Below, piece by piece: positions 41,601 through 54,990 of a stretch of 64,000 nucleotides of DNA. Every line of letters begins with the position of its first letter. The stretch's first letter is position 1. Origin of the DNA: Trichoplax adhaerens (Eukaryota; Animalia; Placozoa); contig NW_002060960.1 of assembly GCF_000150275.1 (NCBI RefSeq), positions 431,702 through 495,701 of the forward strand, written 5' to 3'. Under the pieces are notes generated by a model, which saw only the letters and a program-made list of their open reading frames with translations, did no database searches and was not told the DNA's origin. The position numbers and the translations under genes are program-made.

Positions 41601-44600
41601 CTTAGGTCCAAAACCAATGATTGTGCTAGCTCTAAAGGTAATCTTATATGTCGTATACGGAATCAAATTTTGCAGCGTTGCTGAAGTTACTGAATTATTA
41701 AATTGCAGGTAACCATGATCATCCCATCGAGTAGAATTAAAGTATATGCTATATGAGGTAATGATTCCGTTACGATCGTATGGTGAAAGTGGTTGCCATG
41801 AAATGTATATTGATGTTGGCGATATCGAAATGGCGTTATCATTTTGTGGATATGATCTTGGAACTAATTAAATAGTAAAGAACTTGTTGGTAACATAAGA
41901 TACATAATTATGAAAATATTTATCACTGCTGTCTAAGAAATAATATGCATAATCGAAAACTTGGTTCTATAACTACGGTACAATCACTAGAAATAGCATT
42001 GTAGATTTTTGCTGAAATTCTAGCTATACGCGCAACTCTATTGATCCGTCATCCATTTATCTCATTTTGTGATAGATAAGTGAATATTTAAACGTCTTAT
42101 TCTATTGCATTCTTTATTTTACTGTATTATTTATACCACGGTATATTATTGTTTTATGATATCGACTTATCTCCTTTCGTGATCAAGATAAACTTAATTG
42201 CTTGACATTGGTAACGCTATTTGTTTTACTTATTTTCGCTTTATTATACAATCTTTTAATGCTTTATCTTTACCTGACTGTAACGTGGTTCCAACTACAT
42301 ACAGACTGCCTGGTCCAAATCCAATTGCTGTAGCTGCGTATACAGTGATTTTATACGTTGTATACGGCGTCAAACTTGGAATAACTACAGATGTTACTAA
42401 ATCATTAACGCGAATAACTCCATCAGTTCGACGTGATGTAGCATTATAAACCACTTTATATTCTGTAATGATGCCATTTCTGTCGAGTGGAGATAATGGC
42501 TCCCATTTGACACTTATAGATGTAGACGACAAATTCGAAATGGTAAAATCGGGTGGATACGAGCGTGGTGCTGTAACAAATGGTATAATTTATTATTAAC
42601 TTAAACTCAACTTTGTGATCTAATTCAAAACACAACCGTTTAAGCTATTCGAATAATATATAAACAGTGGTATTTAGTAAAGGGAAACTTAGTTATTTAA
42701 GTACGGTATCTGATAAAATCTGCGTTATAACGCACTGCTTATAGTTTATTAATAAAAGCCATCTTATAGAAACACAGCTTGGATGGGAACTCAGATTACT
42801 TTAAAATAGTATCAATCTAATATGGCCATTGTACGAAATTTTTAAGATGCGATGGCTGCCTTAACATTGGTTGTAACTCTATGTTCAAATTGTAATATCA
42901 AATCTATCATAGTTACGAACGATATCAAGAATTGAGTTTCCTTGATTTACGTACTGATATCAAAGGCCATAGTATTAAATGAAACATTTAATTCTTACCC
43001 GCTTCATAGGTCACAACCGATACATCAGGACTATTTGGCCCAAATCCTGCAATAGTAGCCGCTTTTACACTTACATTATAAGTAGTATAAGGTATTAGTT
43101 CCAGTATTATTGTTGATAAATCGGAATCACTGACTTGAATTGAACCGGTATGGTGCCACTGCAAGGATTTGTAGCTAATATTATATGTTAAAATAATGCC
43201 ATTCTGATTGAGCAGCATTAATGGATGCCATGAAACCTTGATCGAATTAGCGGTTAGCATCGTTGCATTGAGATTAGGAGGATAGGAACTAGGTACTGAA
43301 ATCACATAAATTAATGTTGATAATCTTATGACTATAGATACGATTTAAGAATAATTATTTGTACTGTAGTATTCTAGCTCGTATAGTAATTTTTGATTTG
43401 TTTTGATATATTTTACCTGTTTGATATGTCGTAGCTGATTCTATTGAACTTGCAGGCCCGTATCCTGCGATAGTTGTAGCTTTAAGAACAGCATTGTAGT
43501 TAGTAAACGGAATTAAATTTCTTATAGTAATATTCATAATCGAACTGTCCACGTATATGGTAGCATGATCATTCCATTTAGTTGAATTATAATTTATGCT
43601 ATAGGAATTTATAATGCCATTGCAATCAAAAACTCTGAGCGGTTGCCATGCCACATAAATCGAAGTTGGCGATACAGCAGTAAAGTTAATATTTTGAGGA
43701 TACGAACTGGGTGCTACAATTTATAAACCAATCAAATAAATTATTAGTTATGTTTTATGCAAACAATTCTTATAAGTTTAGCGTATTTTAAATCGTCGAT
43801 ACTGAATAATAGTTAATATTACAGATAAGCAAACACAGTTTTTACTGAAGAATTGAACAATTGATAGAGGTTATTTTAATTATATTCTGAGATGAAATTA
43901 TACAGCTTAAATTCTAAGTCCCAATCATTAGTCGATAATTAATCATTTTTAGCGACAAATCTACTAATAAAATAATTTATAAACATCTTTACTAAGTTTC
44001 TTTTGATATTGAGGCAAAGGTTTTAGAAGTACTTAATGTTTACCGGCTTGATAAGTGATAGTCGATGTATATGGGCTATTCGGTCCAAATCCAGCGGCTG
44101 TCGCTGCATTGATTGTCACATTATATATGGTATAAGGTATTAAATCATACAATATCGTATTAAAGGTTGTTCCATTAACTTGAATTATGCCTGTGTGATT
44201 CCATTGTAAGGAATTATAACTAACATTATAGGTTATAATAACACCATTGCGATTAAACAATATTACTGGCTGCCATGATATATTGATGGAATTTGCCGTC
44301 AAAGCAGTTGCGTTGAGATTGAGCGGATAAAAACTCGGCGCTAAAATAACCATTATGCATATAAATGGTAATAAGCTTTAATAACATCAACTAAAAGATA
44401 TTTCATTATACTTACTTTAAAATTCTCTTAATTGATTACATTAAGAGTCTAACCTGATTGATAAGTTGTAGACGATGTTACTGGGCTCTCAGGTCCAAGT
44501 CCAATAACAGTTGCAGCTTTAAGAGTAACATTATACGTAGTAAACGGAATTAAATTTCCAACAGTAACGTTTGTAGTTGAACTGCCAACTTGTACAACGC

Positions 44601-47600
44601 CATTATCATTCCATTGAGTCGAATTGTAACATATGGTATAGGAAGTAATTATACCGTTGCGATCAACAAATCTAAGTGATTGCCATGTAATATAAATGGA
44701 CGTAGATGACAAAGCGATAACAGTGATATTTCGTGGATAAGAACTTGGAGCTACAATTAATAAACACAGAGTTACATTTTATTAATTTAATAAAAACTTT
44801 CCATTATATAATACGTTAGTAGTCGGCATATTACAGTAAATACTGTTTGCAAATAATAACGTAATACTATAGATTTTGAGTATGTATAGCCGTAGCCAAG
44901 CGTATACTGTTGATATTTAGTTACAATACATATCAGTATGTATAACAATCACCAAAAATCATAAAATCTCTATATATGCAAATATATATGTACTCGCTGC
45001 TTTCATTTTACCTGCTTGATAAGTTGTAGCTGATATTTCCAGACTATACGGTCCAAATCCAGCTATAGTAGCAGCACTTACTGTCACATTATATGCACTA
45101 TAGGGCAACAGATTATGTAATACTGCTGAGAATGTTGAACCATTGACTTGAAGTACACCCCTATGATTCCATCGCAGAGAATTATAGCTAATATTGTATG
45201 CGATTATAATACCATTACGGTAAAGTAGCATTATTGGCTGCCATGAAACATAGATCGAATTGGCTGTCCATGCGGTTACATTGAGATTGGGTGGATAAGA
45301 GCTAGGCTCTGCAATGAAATACATTCAGAATGGTAATATTTTAAGGTAACAATGACATTACGATAAAGTTGATACTAGCACTTCTTTAATGACAACAAAT
45401 AGTCTAACCTGATTGCTGAGTTATAAAAGAAATAGTAGGGCTTGCAGGTCCAAATCCTGCGATAGTAGCAGCTCTAAGAGCAACATTATACGTAGTAAAC
45501 GGAATTAAGTTCTGCAAAGTCACGGTTGTGATTGAGCCATCAACTTGTAAAATGCCGTTTTCGTTCCATTGAGTTGAATCATAGCTTATATTATACATGA
45601 TTATAACACCGTTGCGATCGAGAATCGGGGGTGGCTGCCAAGTTATGTCGGCTGTTACAGGTGACGAGGCAATGGCACTGATCATTTGTGGATATGAGCT
45701 CGGAGCTTTTAATTTTCAAACAAAAATATTAAAACATAAATACGCACGGTAGTGGTTAATTTTAAGTTACTAATTAAATTTAGATATAATCTGCTATATT
45801 CTAAAGAGGGGTAATCTTTAATGTTAAAATTTATTACACTTTATTTTTGTTAGTTAAGATTATTCACCACAATAAAGAATTAAAAATATGTCTAGGCATA
45901 ACGATTTCCTGCTGAAAAGGGATAACTAATTGTATTAATATAGTTAGAATAGATGGATTATCGAGTTACCGTCTTCATGGCTTGTAGCATTAATAATGTC
46001 ACTAGCTATACCGTTATAGCCATACTTTATGTTATATGGTATGATTTGGTAGAAGTAAGTATGAGATTCATGTAGGTTTATCGAGTAAATTTCCGTTTCA
46101 AGTCCGTCGTATATTAAGGTCGAGTTATCGATTGTCCCATTTGTTGAAGAATTAGAAATCCATTGATACACACGATAGGCAAGAATACCATTTTGAATGT
46201 TTGGCGGTTGCCACACTATTTTAATAGACGTGGAATTATAGCCTAGAGCATACGGATTTCTAACAGAGCTTGCAGGAGCTATGGAATAATATAAGCAGCT
46301 TTTAAAATTATATATTAAAAGATCCATATCAGCTAATCACATAATATGCGCCAACTCACGTATAAATGATTTTAAATTTCGGTTTATCATTACATCTTAT
46401 TGCTTAATAATCCGTTCAAAATAATTCCAGCGCCTCATTAAACACAATTACCTGATTCATCTGTCCTGACTGATAAAACTTCTTTTCCGCTAACTCCAAT
46501 GGCATTTCTAGCCCATATTTGCAAGAAATAAGTAGTATATGGTGCAAGATGATAAAAAATTGTTAAGGTGCCGGTACTAGTAATTATACAGTCATTATTG
46601 CTTAAACTTGACAAGCAAGTACTGTTTAATGTTATGTTTAAATGATTATAAAGTCGAACTGTATAGTTTGTTATTGGAGAAAATCCATCAAATGCAGGAG
46701 GTAACCATGACACTGTCATATTTGTAGCTGTTACGTTCGATATATGTGGTTGTCGTATAGACCATGGCGATTCTACCCAAATACGATTAGTATAAAAATG
46801 ATAAATTAGAATACGCATAATGTTAGTAGTACCTTTGTGTAAAATAGATATTCCTACAGTAGTATTAAGATATAATCACAAGTGCATTAAATACCTTGAA
46901 TCATCACTGTGATCTCTGGAGATGTAGAGGAAATATAACCATTGCTAATATTACATAAGTAATTACCAGCATCTTCTCCTATCGATGAATTTAATTTCAA
47001 CTGACCAATAAATTCAGTTCCATTATTAATAAGTATAAGCGAAATAGAATATCTATTTTGTGTCAGTATTGTATTATTTCTTAACCAAGATATTTCAGTA
47101 ACAGGTGGTAGGCTACTTCCACGGCATTGTAAGATCATTGTGTGGTTAATAGGTACCAAATTTGGGGTTATGGGATTTTTAAAGCTTGGAATAGCTAAAG
47201 TATATCCGGTGTAAACGTTGAAAACTTAAGATTACTTTCTGAATATACCGAATCAAACGTCTAATGCCATATATTCACGAAGCATGAAGACACTGTAGTT
47301 TCGCTACACATACAAAATTTATAATTTAAATCAGTAAGTTATGTTAGAGTAACGGCTTTGAAAAACAACAAACACCGCGAATGAACTGTTATACATGTAC
47401 TTAAATTTAAACAAAAATAAGTAAATAAAGTATCTTCTAAGCCATTTGCAATTCTGTTGCATTGCTGGTAAATGGAATTACTATGATCATTTAAAAGTAA
47501 ACATCTATGAGTAAAATATGAATAAACTATAAATACGGTTGTATATGTATATAAAAATTACCAAATGTAAATTGTTTTTAACTGTGCTATATCTGTTACG

Positions 47601-50600
47601 GTCAATCCCGATAAAAGTGAATAATTGTAAACTGCGACGATAAGCTATTATGAGCTAGAAGATGCTAGCGGTATTGCTAATTGCTATAGCTTTATTAACG
47701 ATGTTATTATAATTATTGATAATGCTTACTTAATAAAGAATTCCATTCAGTACCGTACAGTATAGTTAGCCATGAATTTAGCATCAATAATCAAGATATC
47801 AAGTGTAGTAACGATATGTAACTAATAAGAATATTTGAAGAAATTTAACTTATATCTTTTCGTCAAATAAAGCATTGACTTTAAAAAAATTTTTTCTGCT
47901 TACCAAAAACTGTGACAATCGCGCTGTTACTAATAGTAATTCCTTCGGCAATGCTATAACGGCACTGATATGATGCTTGATCGTCTAAGGTTACATTAAT
48001 GATAGTAATGCGACTGTAGATGTAATTATTCCGAATGAACGTGCTGTTGTTGACATCTGACATAGGATTTCCATTCTTGAGCCATGTTATACTTGACACT
48101 GGATAGCTAGTCCCGTTACAATTCAAGGTATAGTCTTTACCATATAGTATATTGGCGCCCTGTGGATGTTGTGTTATAGTAGGATAAACTAGATTCAAAA
48201 AGTATAAATTATTAATTATTTAAATACTGCTCTTTCTAAATATTTTAAAATTGAGCTCTTTATACTAGTACTAATATCAGTTTCTATCATTATTTTCATT
48301 TATAATTACTAGTAAAGTTCCGTTCAAATGAACAGGTATATATTTTTCACAAAGCAAGACATGAAAAGGAAATTCACAGCCAGATTGTTTCTTACTACTG
48401 TATATATGCTTCTTCTGGGAGCTATACTGCTAAATCAGTTCGATAATATTAATTTCCTGTTAGCTTACAATCTTTTAAAAAATCACATGATATATCATTA
48501 TACAGTAAGGTACCTCATCCTTACTGGTAATACTGATATGAGTGCTTACGCCTTAAAACTGTATTTTCTCTTATATATAAGCGCAAATGAAATCTTTATG
48601 TAAATTCTGAACACGAGTATATGTTCTTCAACGTGACTACCGAGTGATAAATCTTCGACCACGCACCTCTCTAAAGTGCTTGGCTTAAATACCAGCAGAG
48701 AATCAATTTAAAACGCAACGTCTCTCTTATAAAATTCGCTTCTTAAAGCAGACCTCAGCAAATAATTTTAAAACTAATTACTGTGGAATTTATGCAACGT
48801 AAGATGCAATAATAAGGAGTACTGTATAATAAAGTAGGCTCAGTAACAGCGTATAACAAATTACAAGCCTCGGATAATGTATCTGAAAATTTTGCAAATC
48901 ACTACGACTGCAGTATCTCTTAATTCACTTCTAAATAACAGTATTTACCAGTTGGTAAAGAATTCGTAGAATCAAATTATATTAATGCGATAGTACTTGT
49001 GCAATGCTATCAGTGGTATTTGATCGAAAAATTACGATCCTGGTCCCAACTACATAATATAATCTAACAATAAAAGTTAAATATGCAGCTTAGTAAAAGC
49101 GATGATACTTCATGATCTACGAGTGCATTAATTTAAATTAAATAATTAATTAATGCGATACTATTATCTTTAATAAGTTACATTTCTTAAATTATTAGCG
49201 TGTCGTTATTCTTACTAGTGATATTTACTCAAAGCCGTTACCATGAGAATTCTTACATTATTCATACTTCCAAACTATGCAAGATAGCACTTGCAGCACC
49301 TGAGTGTATTTCACTACAATATTTCTTTCCTATCTTAATTTATACTGTGTTTAAATACTTTTCTCGTATAAATTAATATCTAAAAATTAGAATAGTAGCT
49401 AAATACTGAAGCTAGGTAATTATATAACAAGAAAACTACTCTTTAAGTTATGAAATATTTCGGTCTCTAAAGGAAAGATTATATAAGTCTGATACCGATA
49501 GCGACTTAAGCGTCTGATAAGCGAGAAATGACTCGATTTTGTAATAAGTAAATGAACCTGCGAATGATTATAGTTTAATATTACACCAGTAGTCCTAAAT
49601 ATAATTATTTTATGCAGAGCTAAATTAATTCATACATTAAGCATTCGATCTAAGTTCAACTCGAGTAAACTAAATAGTAATAAATTTATTCTAATTTCAT
49701 CGATATAATTATATTAAAAAATATCATAGTGTGATATTTAAATTATTTTATTCACATACATCAATTATAGACTCACCGATCACTTTTATCGATGTGTTAT
49801 TACTTCTTGTCGATCCAACTGTGTTAACGTATTCGCATTGATAATTCCCCATATCGTGTATAAACGTTTCTGTAATAACTAAACGACTATAAATATAGAA
49901 ACCTTCGACTATTGTCGTATTCTCATAGTTTATAACAGGGATTCCATCTTTTAACCAAGTAATAGTAGATATCGGCGAGCTTGTCGCGTTACACTCTAAT
50001 ACCGTCGTGTTACCTTCATACACAGATATGTTTGAGGATTGTTCAATGATTCGCGGCGCATCTATAGTCCGTCAAAATTTAAAATTATACCCAAATTAAT
50101 ACGATATGTGCATAGTAGATATCGATTAACAACAATAAGGCAATCATTTGTTTCTGTAAGTTTTTTGTATGATTCTCTTTCTGTAATTAATTATGCTACA
50201 ATATGTTATCGTCAAGTACAAGTTTGAATCATTTCTTATGGAGAATAATCAAGTTTTATTCTAAAATTACAATATTATTATTAACGCTTATATACTTGTA
50301 TTTTATGATAGTAACTTACATGGATAGATTCTAACAATTCGTATACCGCCTAAGTGACCGTATCCCGCGCTATTTTGACTCCAGCCGTAGTTAATTAATC
50401 CGTATAATGCGTTAGAATCGTTATGAGTTATTCTTATTCCGCCAATTGTAACAGGAACAGATGCAGCAACATAAGTTTCGTTAACAGTATTTGTAAGGAT
50501 TTGTCGCCATGTAATACCTTGTAGTATTACTCCGTTTAGCATCAATCCGTTCTTATATTTGTTTTGTATAGTAATCAACGCATAATTTCGATCAGTTCCT

Positions 50601-53600
50601 ATATTTGTAAGAGCAGACGGCAAGAATATATTGTAATCTCGACTATATTGTTCTATTGCTGGTACAATTGTCATGAATGGATCGCTTTTAGTATTATCTA
50701 CTTGGCCTCCTTTCGCGAATTGAATAACTAAGCATGGCTTATCGCATGTAACATACGAACTATCACCGCTGTTTAACTCAAATTCTACAAAATCTCCTCG
50801 AGACAGTTGATAATTTTGAGATGTTACTTTAACACTTACTGTCGTATTATCATGACCGCCGACAACACGATATACATCACCAGCTGTTCTATCAGCGAAT
50901 GTCGATATAATATAGTTTTTACCAAGACGTGTAATAGGTAAATGAAATTCTTGTATACTACTACAGCTTCCCACACTACTAAATATACGTGTACATTCAT
51001 TACCAGTCAAAACTCCAACATCTTTATCGGAATAGACAATAGCGCCAGATATGTCTGTTGTCGCTTTTAAATGAAATCCTTGCGAAGATTGTAAAGTAAT
51101 AGATAAATTTCTACTTCTTGAATAATATTGACCAGAATAGTAAACACTCACTGGGAAACTGATATTAAGATGTGTGTCGGCGTACTTAGCGATTATTAAT
51201 AGTTTGATATTAGAGTATGGTTTATACGCAGCGACAACATAATTCTTATCGTATAGATGACTCGGTAAAACTAATGTTGAAGCCATTTCAGGATAATCTA
51301 TATAAAAACTACTAACTGTTATATCTTCATCTGAGACGATATGAAAGATTTTAGAAGTCAATTCAGAATTAAAAATAAGTATAGTACTTGCGATTGTTAG
51401 TGTTTTTGATTCATACGATGCAATAGTGTATTCATTAACCGTATTAAGAAACTTATTTGTAACATTGACAACAGCTGGCTTATTATAACTTGTTATGGTA
51501 AGATAATATGATTGCCTGGTATTCATTCTTGGATAACCCACAAAAAACTCTCGTCCCGAACTTTTCTCAACTTTCGAATCTAGTAAACATAAGAACATAC
51601 ATATCTTAGTTAATTAACTACTACACAGTACATTGTAATCTTATCACCAGTACTATCTCTATTATATTTAAATTTAACAAACTTGTCGTTATAATATTAC
51701 ATAAATATTTATATAAACAATAATATACTCTATCGTAAAGACATCATCAGTTACAGCATAGCTAAACAAGTTGATGTAATTAAGTATTATATGTATTAAT
51801 ATAACTCTTGGTAATATCATAAACTATATACACGATATACGATACTAAAATACTACATGTCACTGTACGAGCGACTGTGAAGAGTTAAGTAACCAAGTTT
51901 AGCGAGTTTAATATTTACATATAGTGATCACAATTACTCACACTAGGAATCACTGACGTTACAATATGATGGCGTGTAATAGTTATTCTTATATAATAAT
52001 TGTTTATACTACAAGCTCTTGTAGTCGTAGTTCTAGCTAAAAGTAGATCGAAAGTGTACTGAAATAGTTCTGTGAATAGACATAATGTAGTCTGATTAGG
52101 TAATAACAATTGATACATGTGTATGTCTATGAGTATTATTGTAAGATGATTTATCAATGTTAGCCGCTGTCGACGTGTATAACATATATAACATATATAT
52201 AAGCCCGACAGATAGTTGAGTAAAATCAGCTCGCTAGCTTTATCTGATGTAAAGTTATAAGCTCATAAACTATTGTCTCTATTTGTACAAGTTAACCTTT
52301 GCGTTATCTTGTTACATAGCTGGCTTATGATACTGTAACACTGAGTTTCAATCTCGAAACTAAACTTTGTGTTTATGTAGTATTGATTTATATGCAGTAT
52401 TATTAAGTACAAGGTATCAATTATAGTATTGTTTAGGAAATCATGTAAACCAGTTATCAGTTACAAAAGTATTGTAACTATATTTGTTATAGCTACTTTA
52501 AAATATCGTTTTAACAATTATAATTTTTACTGTAACTAGAAATATCTAAACTATGATTCTATGCATTATACAGTACTTACCGTAAACAGTCACAATTGCA
52601 TCTTTACTTATAGCCGTTCCTTCTGTATTTCTATAACGACATTGATAGAATCCTCTATCGCGTACAGTTGCTTCTCTAACAGTGATACGACTATATATGT
52701 AAATGTTATCAATCGATGTAACATTATCGTAATTCGATATCGGATATCCGTTTTTGAGCCACGTAATGCTAGATATCGGATTACTTTTTCCATTGCAATG
52801 TAAAATCAGAGTGTTGCCATAGATAACGTCGGCGTTTTGTGGATGTTGCGTAATTACAGGATATACTATATTCAAATTAGATAGATAACAATAACTTAAT
52901 TACACTATTCAATGTACAGTATGTAATAAGTTTATAGAGTACAATAAGAATATCGAGACTATACATAAATAATATAGACTCACCGATCACTTTTATCGAT
53001 GTGTTATTACTTCTTGTTGATCCAACTGTGTTAACGTATTCGCATTGATAATTCCCCATATCGTGTATAAACGTTTCTGTAATAACTAAACGACTATAAA
53101 TATAGAAACCTTCGACTATTGTCGTATTCTCATAGTTTATAACAGGAATTCCATCTTTTAACCAAGTAATAGTAGATATCGGCGAGCTTGTCGCGTTACA
53201 CTCTAATACCGTCATGTTACCTTCATACACAGATATGTTTGAGGATTGTTCAATGATTCGCGGCGCATCTATAGTCCGTCAAAATTTGAAATTATACCCA
53301 AGTTACTTAATACGATATGTGCATAGTAGATATCGACTAATAACAATAAGGCAATCATTTCTTTCTGTAAGTTTTTTGTATGGTTCTCTTTCTGTAATTA
53401 GTTATACTACAATGTGTTATCGTCAAGTACAAGTTTGAATCGTTTCTTGTGGAGAATAATCAAGTTTTATTCTAAAACTACAATGTTATTATTAACACTT
53501 ATATACTTGTATTTTATGATAGTAACTTACATGGATAGACTTTAACAATTCGTATACCGCCTAAGTGACCGTATCCCGCGAGATTTTGACTCCAGCCGTA

Positions 53601-54790
53601 GTAAATTAATCCGTATAACGCGTTAGAATCGTTATGAGTTATTCTTATTCCGCCAATTGTAACAGGAACAGATGCAGTAACATAAGTTTCGCTAACAGTA
53701 TTTGTAAGGATTTGTCGCCAGGTAATACCTTGTAGTATTACTCCGTTTAGCATCAATCCGTTCTTATATTTGTCTTGTATAGTAATCAACGCATAATTTC
53801 GATCAGCTCGTACATTTGTAAGAGCAGACGGCAAGAATGTATTGTAATCTCGACTGTATTGTTCTATTGCTGGTACAAATGTCATGAATGGATCGCTTTT
53901 AGTATTATCTGCTTGGCTTCCTTTCGCGAATTGAGTAACTAAGCATGGCTTATCGCATGTAACATACGAACTATTACCGCTGTTTAACTCAAATTCTACA
54001 AAATCTCCTCGAGACAGTTGATAATTTTGAGACGTTACTTTGACACTTACTGTCGTATTATCATGACCGCCGACAACACGATATACATCACCAGCTGTTC
54101 TATCAGCGAACGTCGATATAATATAGTTCTTACCAAGACGTGTAATAGGTAAATGAAATTCTTGTATACTATCACATCTATCCGTACCTTTAGGTATATA
54201 TGCACATGTATTACCAGTCAAGACTCCAACATCTTTATCGGAATAGATAATAGCGCCAGATATGTCTCTGCCCGCTCTTAAATGAAATCCTTGCGAAGAT
54301 TGTAAAGTAATAGATAAGTTTCTACTTCTTGAATAATATTCACCAGAATAGTCAATACTCGCTGGGAAACTGATATTAAGATGTGTGTCGGCGTACTTAG
54401 CGATTATTAATAGTTTGATGGAATAATATGGAATATACGCAGCGACGACATAATCCTTATCGTATAGATGACTCGGTAAAACTAATGTTGAAGCCAATGC
54501 AGAATTAAAGATATAAAAACTACTAACTGTTATATCTTCATCTGAGACGATATGCACGATTTTAGAAGTCAAATCACTTGCAACAATATTCATAGTAGTT
54601 GCGAATATTAGTGTTTTTGATTCATACGATGCAATAGTGTATTCGTCAGCTGTATTATCAAACTTATTTGTAACATTGACAACAGCTGGCTTATTATAAC
54701 TTGTTATGGTGATATATTGTGCTTGGGTGGCACTCAGTTTTAGAAAACCTATAAAAAACTCTCGTCCCGAACTTTTCTCAACTTTCGAAT
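33044..54790 (-). CDS. Giant adhesion GPCR: [IgGFc-binding-Ig-Ig]x2, Ig, 15 FN3, Ig, HRM, GAIN/GPS, 7TM (about 3,500 aa; signal-peptide exon upstream of 54790 not found)
   Basis: Continuous chain of phase-compatible GT-AG exons on the minus strand from 54790 to a TAA at 33046-33044. All ectodomain modules are phase 1-1. Domain blocks are listed as separate features. Confidence 0.85.
36034..38699 (-). other. HRM + GAIN domain with GPS motif
   Basis: 38699-38607 and 38431-38325 give FCLGE..MRWPKTYRGKTALVSCP..GNASRLC..WESIDTTGC (HRM). 38140-37973 contains LYGGDI. 37829-37761 contains SNLLNLRNKLAW. 37605-37488 contains MDTLEDFA. GPS reads HCSYW...WETTGC...TVCYCNHTTTFATIL (36148-36034). Confidence 0.9.
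38816..39091 (-). other. Membrane-proximal Ig (I-set) exon of the adhesion GPCR, absent from the ORF track
   Basis: APNVTQSPQSISIKAGATLTLECTATGDPIPSVKWMKDG..., phase 1-1 exon. Confidence 0.88.
39196..46772 (-). other. Array of 15 fibronectin type III modules
   Basis: Exons 46772-46452, 46278-45970, then eleven exons of exactly 297 bp (45705-45409, 45308-45012, 44750-44454, 44340-44044, 43713-43417, 43295-42999, 42570-42274, 41863-41567, 41379-41083, 40916-40620, 40519-40223), a split module (40104-40034 + 39933-39687) and 39498-39196. Motif W.P...RNG.I..Y...L.P.T.Y...A.T..G.GP.S. Confidence 0.92.
46895..47194 (-). other. Ig domain exon
   Basis: LQCRGSSLPPVTEISWLRN...DAGNYLC, phase 1-1. Confidence 0.88.
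47904..51579 (-). other. Second IgGFc-binding-Ig-Ig unit
   Basis: Exons 51579-50320 (1260 bp; SSGREFFVG, STLVLP, GKNY, SDPFMTIVPAIEQY, GYGHLGG, FCGBP N-terminal-like), 50061-49777 (Ig), 48188-47904 (Ig). Confidence 0.85.
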
Positions 54791-54990
54791 CTAGTAAACA
54801 TAATAACATTGATATCTCAGTTAATTAACTACTACACATATCGTAAAGACATCATCAGTTACAGCATAGCTAAACAAGTCGATGTAATTCAGTTTTGTAT
54901 GTATTAATATAACTCTTGGTAATATCATAAACTATATACACGATATACGATACTAAAATACTATATGTCACCATACGAGCGACCGTGAAG
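49768..54990. repeat. High-identity intragenic duplication (~49768-51895 vs ~52975-54990), including intron sequence
   Basis: The Ig exons differ at about 3 of 285 nt by eye. Introns 50062-50319 and 53269-53530 align almost base for base. The upstream intron flanks also align, apart from an indel. Confidence 0.92.
52581..54790 (-). other. First IgGFc-binding-Ig-Ig unit
   Basis: Exons 54790-53531 (1260 bp), 53268-52984 (Ig), 52865-52581 (Ig); paralogous to 51579-47904. Confidence 0.85.

Noticed and set aside
39196-47194. FN3/Ig array as a receptor tyrosine phosphatase, Dscam or sidekick gene
   Set aside because: The downstream exons encode HRM-GAIN-7TM, not a single TM helix with a phosphatase or Dscam-type tail.
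50303-54809. Two 431-aa ORFs as independent single-exon genes
   Set aside because: Both have an AG acceptor just after the nominal start and a GTAAGT donor before the stop, lack a signal peptide, and are phase-compatible with the flanking Ig exons.
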